Shown in pieces: positions 60,838 through 64,000 of a stretch of DNA of 64,000 nucleotides (position 1 is the first letter of the stretch; every line of letters starts with the position of its first letter). The notes below the pieces were generated by a model, which was not told the DNA's origin, did no database searches, and saw only the letters and a list, made by a program, of their open reading frames with translations. The stretch is from an uncultured cyanobacterium (lineage in GTDB: Bacteria > Cyanobacteriota > Cyanobacteriia > PCC-9006 > JAAUQQ01), in the NCBI GenBank assembly GCA_963718615.1, contig OY970368.1, forward strand, positions 5,888,001 to 5,952,000, in the 5' to 3' direction. Both the position numbers and the translations under genes were made by a program.

Positions 60838-60951
60838 AGGGATGGAGCACTTGCTAAACAATATTCTTCCGTTGCCTATTGTGGCCTATTGTATAGCGCC
60901 AGTCTATCTCCCCGGTTCAACCTGGGCCGTTCAAAAAAATCCGTATTCATA

Positions 60952-60980
60952 TAGACAAAACGGTCCCCTATCCCTATACT
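60952..60980 (+). promoter_or_regulatory. Putative sigma70 promoter of the rplC operon
   Basis: TAGACA (60952-57), 17-nt spacer, TATACT (60975-80). Confidence 0.7.
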
Positions 60981-61389
60981 GAATAACTGCCGCCAAAATT
61001 GGGGGTTGACCTTAAACGAGCGTTCGACAACTGTTAGGCGAACGTTTTAAGGCAGCTCATCAGAAAGTGCGAATGAGATGACCCGTAAGGGTTAAGCTTG
61101 CCAAGCGTTTCTGGTTGTTCAGGGATACTGGGAGAACCTCTCCTAAGTCCTGGCAAGTTGCGGTTAAGAAGTGAAACCTGTCTTTCGTTGCCGAAAATCC
61201 TTAGGATTTTGGGCGTTGGAGTTCGGTTGCCAGAATACGAGCAGTTACAAGGGCTCTTTCCCGAAGAGCGCTTGCCTGTTTTGCTGCTTGCTAATTCGGG
61301 TGGGTTGCGTGTGTCGCACAATCTCATAGTTGATATGCGCATCATAGCCCCGCTTCCACTGTCCTGTATGTATAGGGAGAACATTTGCC

Positions 61390-62025
61390 GTGTCTATCGG
61401 TATTCTCGGCACCAAGGTGGGGATGACCCAAATTTTTGACGAAGCAGGAAAGGCAATCCCTGTGACCGTCATTCAGGCTGGTCCTTGCACCGTTACCCAG
61501 GTGAAGACCCAGCAAACTGACGGCTATGAAGCTGTGCAGTTGGGCTATGGCGAAACTCGCGAAAAGCTCCTGAATAAGCCTCAAAAAGGCCATCTGGCCA
61601 AATCGAACGCGGGCAATCTGCGTCACCTCAAGGAGTACCGCGTGGATAGCGCCGGATCCTATGAGCTCGGTCAGGCGATCGGCGTAGATCGGTTTGAGTC
61701 GGGCCAGTTGATCGATGTAACGGGTAAAACCATGGGGCGTGGTTTTTCGGGTTACCAAAAACGTCACAACTTTAAGCGGGGTCCCATGACCCACGGTTCG
61801 AAAAACCACCGTCAGCCGGGTTCTACGGGAGCCGGTACGACCCCTGGGCGGATCTATCCCGGTAAGCGCATGGCGGGTCGCTATGGCAACGAACAAGTTA
61901 CGGTTCGGAAGCTTACCGTTGTACGGGTGGACACCGAGCAAAACTTGATTTTGGTTCGCGGTGCGGTCCCTGGCAAGCCTGGAGCCCTCCTCAGTATCGC
62001 GCCAGCCAACATCGTTGGACGTTAA
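61390..62025 (+). CDS. rplC: 50S ribosomal protein L3
   Basis: [33 protein letters not shown]. Confidence 0.99.
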   Translation: MSIGILGTKVGMTQIFDEAGKAIPVTVIQAGPCTVTQVKTQQTDGYEAVQLGYGETREKLLNKPQKGHLAKSNAGNLRHLKEYRVDSAGSYELGQAIGVDRFESGQLIDVTGKTMGRGFSGYQKRHNFKRGPMTHGSKNHRQPGSTGAGTTPGRIYPGKRMAGRYGNEQVTVRKLTVVRVDTEQNLILVRGAVPGKPGALLSIAPANIVGR

Positions 62026-62105
62026 GGGATTGGCTGTGGCCGGTCAAGAATGGGGCACGTCCTTCGTGCGATCGCATTTGAGTGCAAAGGCAGAGGAATT
62101 GAGAG

Positions 62106-62738
62106 ATGGTTGATTGCGACGTTAAAGATTGGCAGGGAGAATCCGCCGGTAAGGCATCCCTAGACCTCAAAACGGCAAAAGAAGAAAACGCCCGCCACAT
62201 TGTTCACCGGGCGCTGGTGCGCCAACTGGCCAATGCTCGCCAGGGAACGGTATCGACTAAAACCCGTGCTGAAGTCCGGGGGGGCGGTCGGAAGCCTTGG
62301 CGGCAAAAAGGAACGGGTCGGGCCCGTGCCGGTTCGATTCGGTCGCCGTTGTGGCGGGGTGGGGGTGTCATTTTTGGCCCCAAGCCTCGGGACTATAGCC
62401 TCAAGATGAACCGCAAAGAGCGGCGTCTTGCGCTCCGGACCGCCCTGATCAGCCGCTCGGAAGACTTGATTGTGGTCAAAGAGTTTGCGGAGCAGCTCCC
62501 CCGTCCCAAAACCAAGTCCTTTATGGAAGCGGTTGAGCGTTGGGGCATTGAAGCCGGTCAAAAGGTTTTGTTGATCGTGGCGGAGAAAAACGAGAATGTC
62601 TATCTCTCGGTCCGCAATATTGCCACGGTCAAGCTGATCCTGGCAGATAGTCTTAATGTTTATGACCTGCTCAATGCCGACAAGATTGTCAGCACTGAAG
62701 CGGCGATCGCAAAAATCCAGGAGGTTTACGGTGAGTAA
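62106..62738 (+). CDS. rplD: 50S ribosomal protein L4
   Basis: [31 protein letters not shown]. Confidence 0.99.
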   Translation: MVDCDVKDWQGESAGKASLDLKTAKEENARHIVHRALVRQLANARQGTVSTKTRAEVRGGGRKPWRQKGTGRARAGSIRSPLWRGGGVIFGPKPRDYSLKMNRKERRLALRTALISRSEDLIVVKEFAEQLPRPKTKSFMEAVERWGIEAGQKVLLIVAEKNENVYLSVRNIATVKLILADSLNVYDLLNADKIVSTEAAIAKIQEVYGE

Positions 62739-63036
62739 AAGATTTGAAGCCCGCGACTTAGCGGATATCATTTATCGCCCCATCATTACCGAGAAAGCCA
62801 CGCGCCTCCTGGAAGAAAACCAGTACACCTTTGAGGTGGATCCTCGGGCCGCTAAGCCCGATATCAAGGCGGCGATCGAATCTTTGTTTAATGTCAAAGT
62901 CGTTGGGATTAGCACCCTGCGCCCTCCCCGCAAAAAGCGTCGCGTCGGTCAATACGTCGGCCATCGCGCCCAGGTTAAGCGCGCCATCGTTAAGCTCGCC
63001 GAGGGAGATAGCATTACCCTCTTCCCCGAAGTTTAA
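62731..63036 (+). CDS. rplW: 50S ribosomal protein L23 (GTG start at 62731)
   Basis: [35 protein letters not shown]. Confidence 0.97.
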   Translation: MSKRFEARDLADIIYRPIITEKATRLLEENQYTFEVDPRAAKPDIKAAIESLFNVKVVGISTLRPPRKKRRVGQYVGHRAQVKRAIVKLAEGDSITLFPEV

Positions 63037-63112
63037 GTTCGCTGCGGTCGAACTCCCCCTTGGGATGAACCGCTCCTGCTCACTGTCGCACTGATGTATC
63101 AGGTTTGAAGAA

Positions 63113-63976
63113 ATGGGTATCCGTGCATATCGGCCATACACCCCCGGCACTCGCGAGCGCGTCGTCTCCGACTTTGCGGAGATCACCCGCGATAAGCCCG
63201 AAAAGTCCTTAACGAAGGCAAAGCACCGCGCCAAAGGTCGAAACAACCGAGGTGTGATTACCTGTCGCCACCGGGGCGGCGGTAGTAAAAAGCGTTACCG
63301 GGTTGTGGATTTTCGTCGCGACAAGCGCAATGTTCCCGCCAAAGTTGCAGCGATCGAGTACGATCCCAACCGCAATGCGCGAATTGCGCTCCTTTATTAC
63401 GAAGATGGCGAAAAGCGCTACATTCTTCATCCCGCTGGCCTAGAAGTCGGCGGCACCGTCATCGCTGGAGAAGAGGTGGCCTTTGAAGTCGGCAATGCAA
63501 TGCCCTTGGCCAATGTGCCCTTGGGTTCCCAAGTTCATAATGTAGAGCTGGTTGCCGGTAAGGGAGGACAAATTGTCCGAGCCGCAGGTGCTTCCGCTCA
63601 GGTTGTGGCCAAGGATGGTAACTATGTTGCGCTCAAGCTGCCTTCTACTGAAGTTCGTTTGGTTCGCCGCGAATGTTATGCCACGCTTGGCGTTGTGGGC
63701 AACGGAGAAGTGCGCAACACGACCTTGGGCAAAGCGGGCCGGACGCGCTGGAAAGGTCGTCGTCCCCAGGTTCGCGGTAGCGTCATGAACCCAGTGGATC
63801 ACCCCCATGGTGGCGGTGAGGGTCGTGCACCGATTGGTCGTAGCGGACCGGTAACCCCTTGGGGTAAACCTGCCTTGGGCAAGAAGACCCGCAAGAAGAA
63901 CAAACCGAGCGATCGCTTAGTTCTCCGCCGCCGCCGTAAGACCTCGAAGCGGAGCCGTGGTGGCCGTGAGGCTTAA
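63113..63976 (+). CDS. rplB: 50S ribosomal protein L2
   Basis: [42 protein letters not shown]. Confidence 0.99.
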   Translation: MGIRAYRPYTPGTRERVVSDFAEITRDKPEKSLTKAKHRAKGRNNRGVITCRHRGGGSKKRYRVVDFRRDKRNVPAKVAAIEYDPNRNARIALLYYEDGEKRYILHPAGLEVGGTVIAGEEVAFEVGNAMPLANVPLGSQVHNVELVAGKGGQIVRAAGASAQVVAKDGNYVALKLPSTEVRLVRRECYATLGVVGNGEVRNTTLGKAGRTRWKGRRPQVRGSVMNPVDHPHGGGEGRAPIGRSGPVTPWGKPALGKKTRKKNKPSDRLVLRRRRKTSKRSRGGREA

Positions 63977-64000
63977 GGCAAAGCCCTTTACTGGCGCTTA

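Noticed and set aside
61000-61390. Missing rpsJ before rplC; ORFs 61034-61384 and 61098-61439
   Set aside because: rpsJ is normally located elsewhere in cyanobacteria; these ORFs have no recognisable features and one overlaps rplC

Overview
Cyanobacterial chromosome segment, shown by abundant HIP1 octamers (GCGATCGC), chlP, ndhN, ldpA, xisH/xisI and three Uma2 genes. (1) 1-12.8 kb is an AT-rich, mostly minus-strand cluster. It is headed by a PqqD/RRE protein carrying a fused leader-plus-core-like C-terminal tail, followed by an HPr-kinase-like kinase, several glycosyltransferases, an SDR, an ABC exporter and two nucleotidyltransferase-like genes (one missed by the ORF track), with a radical SAM/SPASM gene nearby. 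This is a candidate RiPP-like phospho/glyco-peptide system; no lasso cyclase or peptidase lies in the window. (2) 13-44.6 kb holds housekeeping genes (rarD, phoH-khpA-rpsP, ffh, aspC-type aminotransferase, NifU-like, chlP) mixed with immunity-like genes: two CHAT proteins (one apparently catalytically dead), an HTH-NACHT, an NB-ARC and a dynamin. (3) 44.8-54.6 kb is a variable island. A 1365-aa TPR-CHAT protease with 13 tandem 46-aa repeats varying at fixed positions is co-oriented with a small Cys/His-motif protein and a frameshifted multi-TM protein plus an orphan alternative C-terminus (candidate caspase-triggered membrane-effector system). Intact and decayed toxin-antitoxin genes surround it. 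(4) 54.6-64 kb has nurA, a HAD hydrolase, tRNA-Gln, ycf45-like, ldpA, ndhN and rplC-rplD-rplW-rplB behind a ~400-nt leader. G/T versus C/A strand skew appears to invert around HIP1 sites, most strongly around the HIP1-dense TPR array. All family assignments come from motif recognition; no database search was run.
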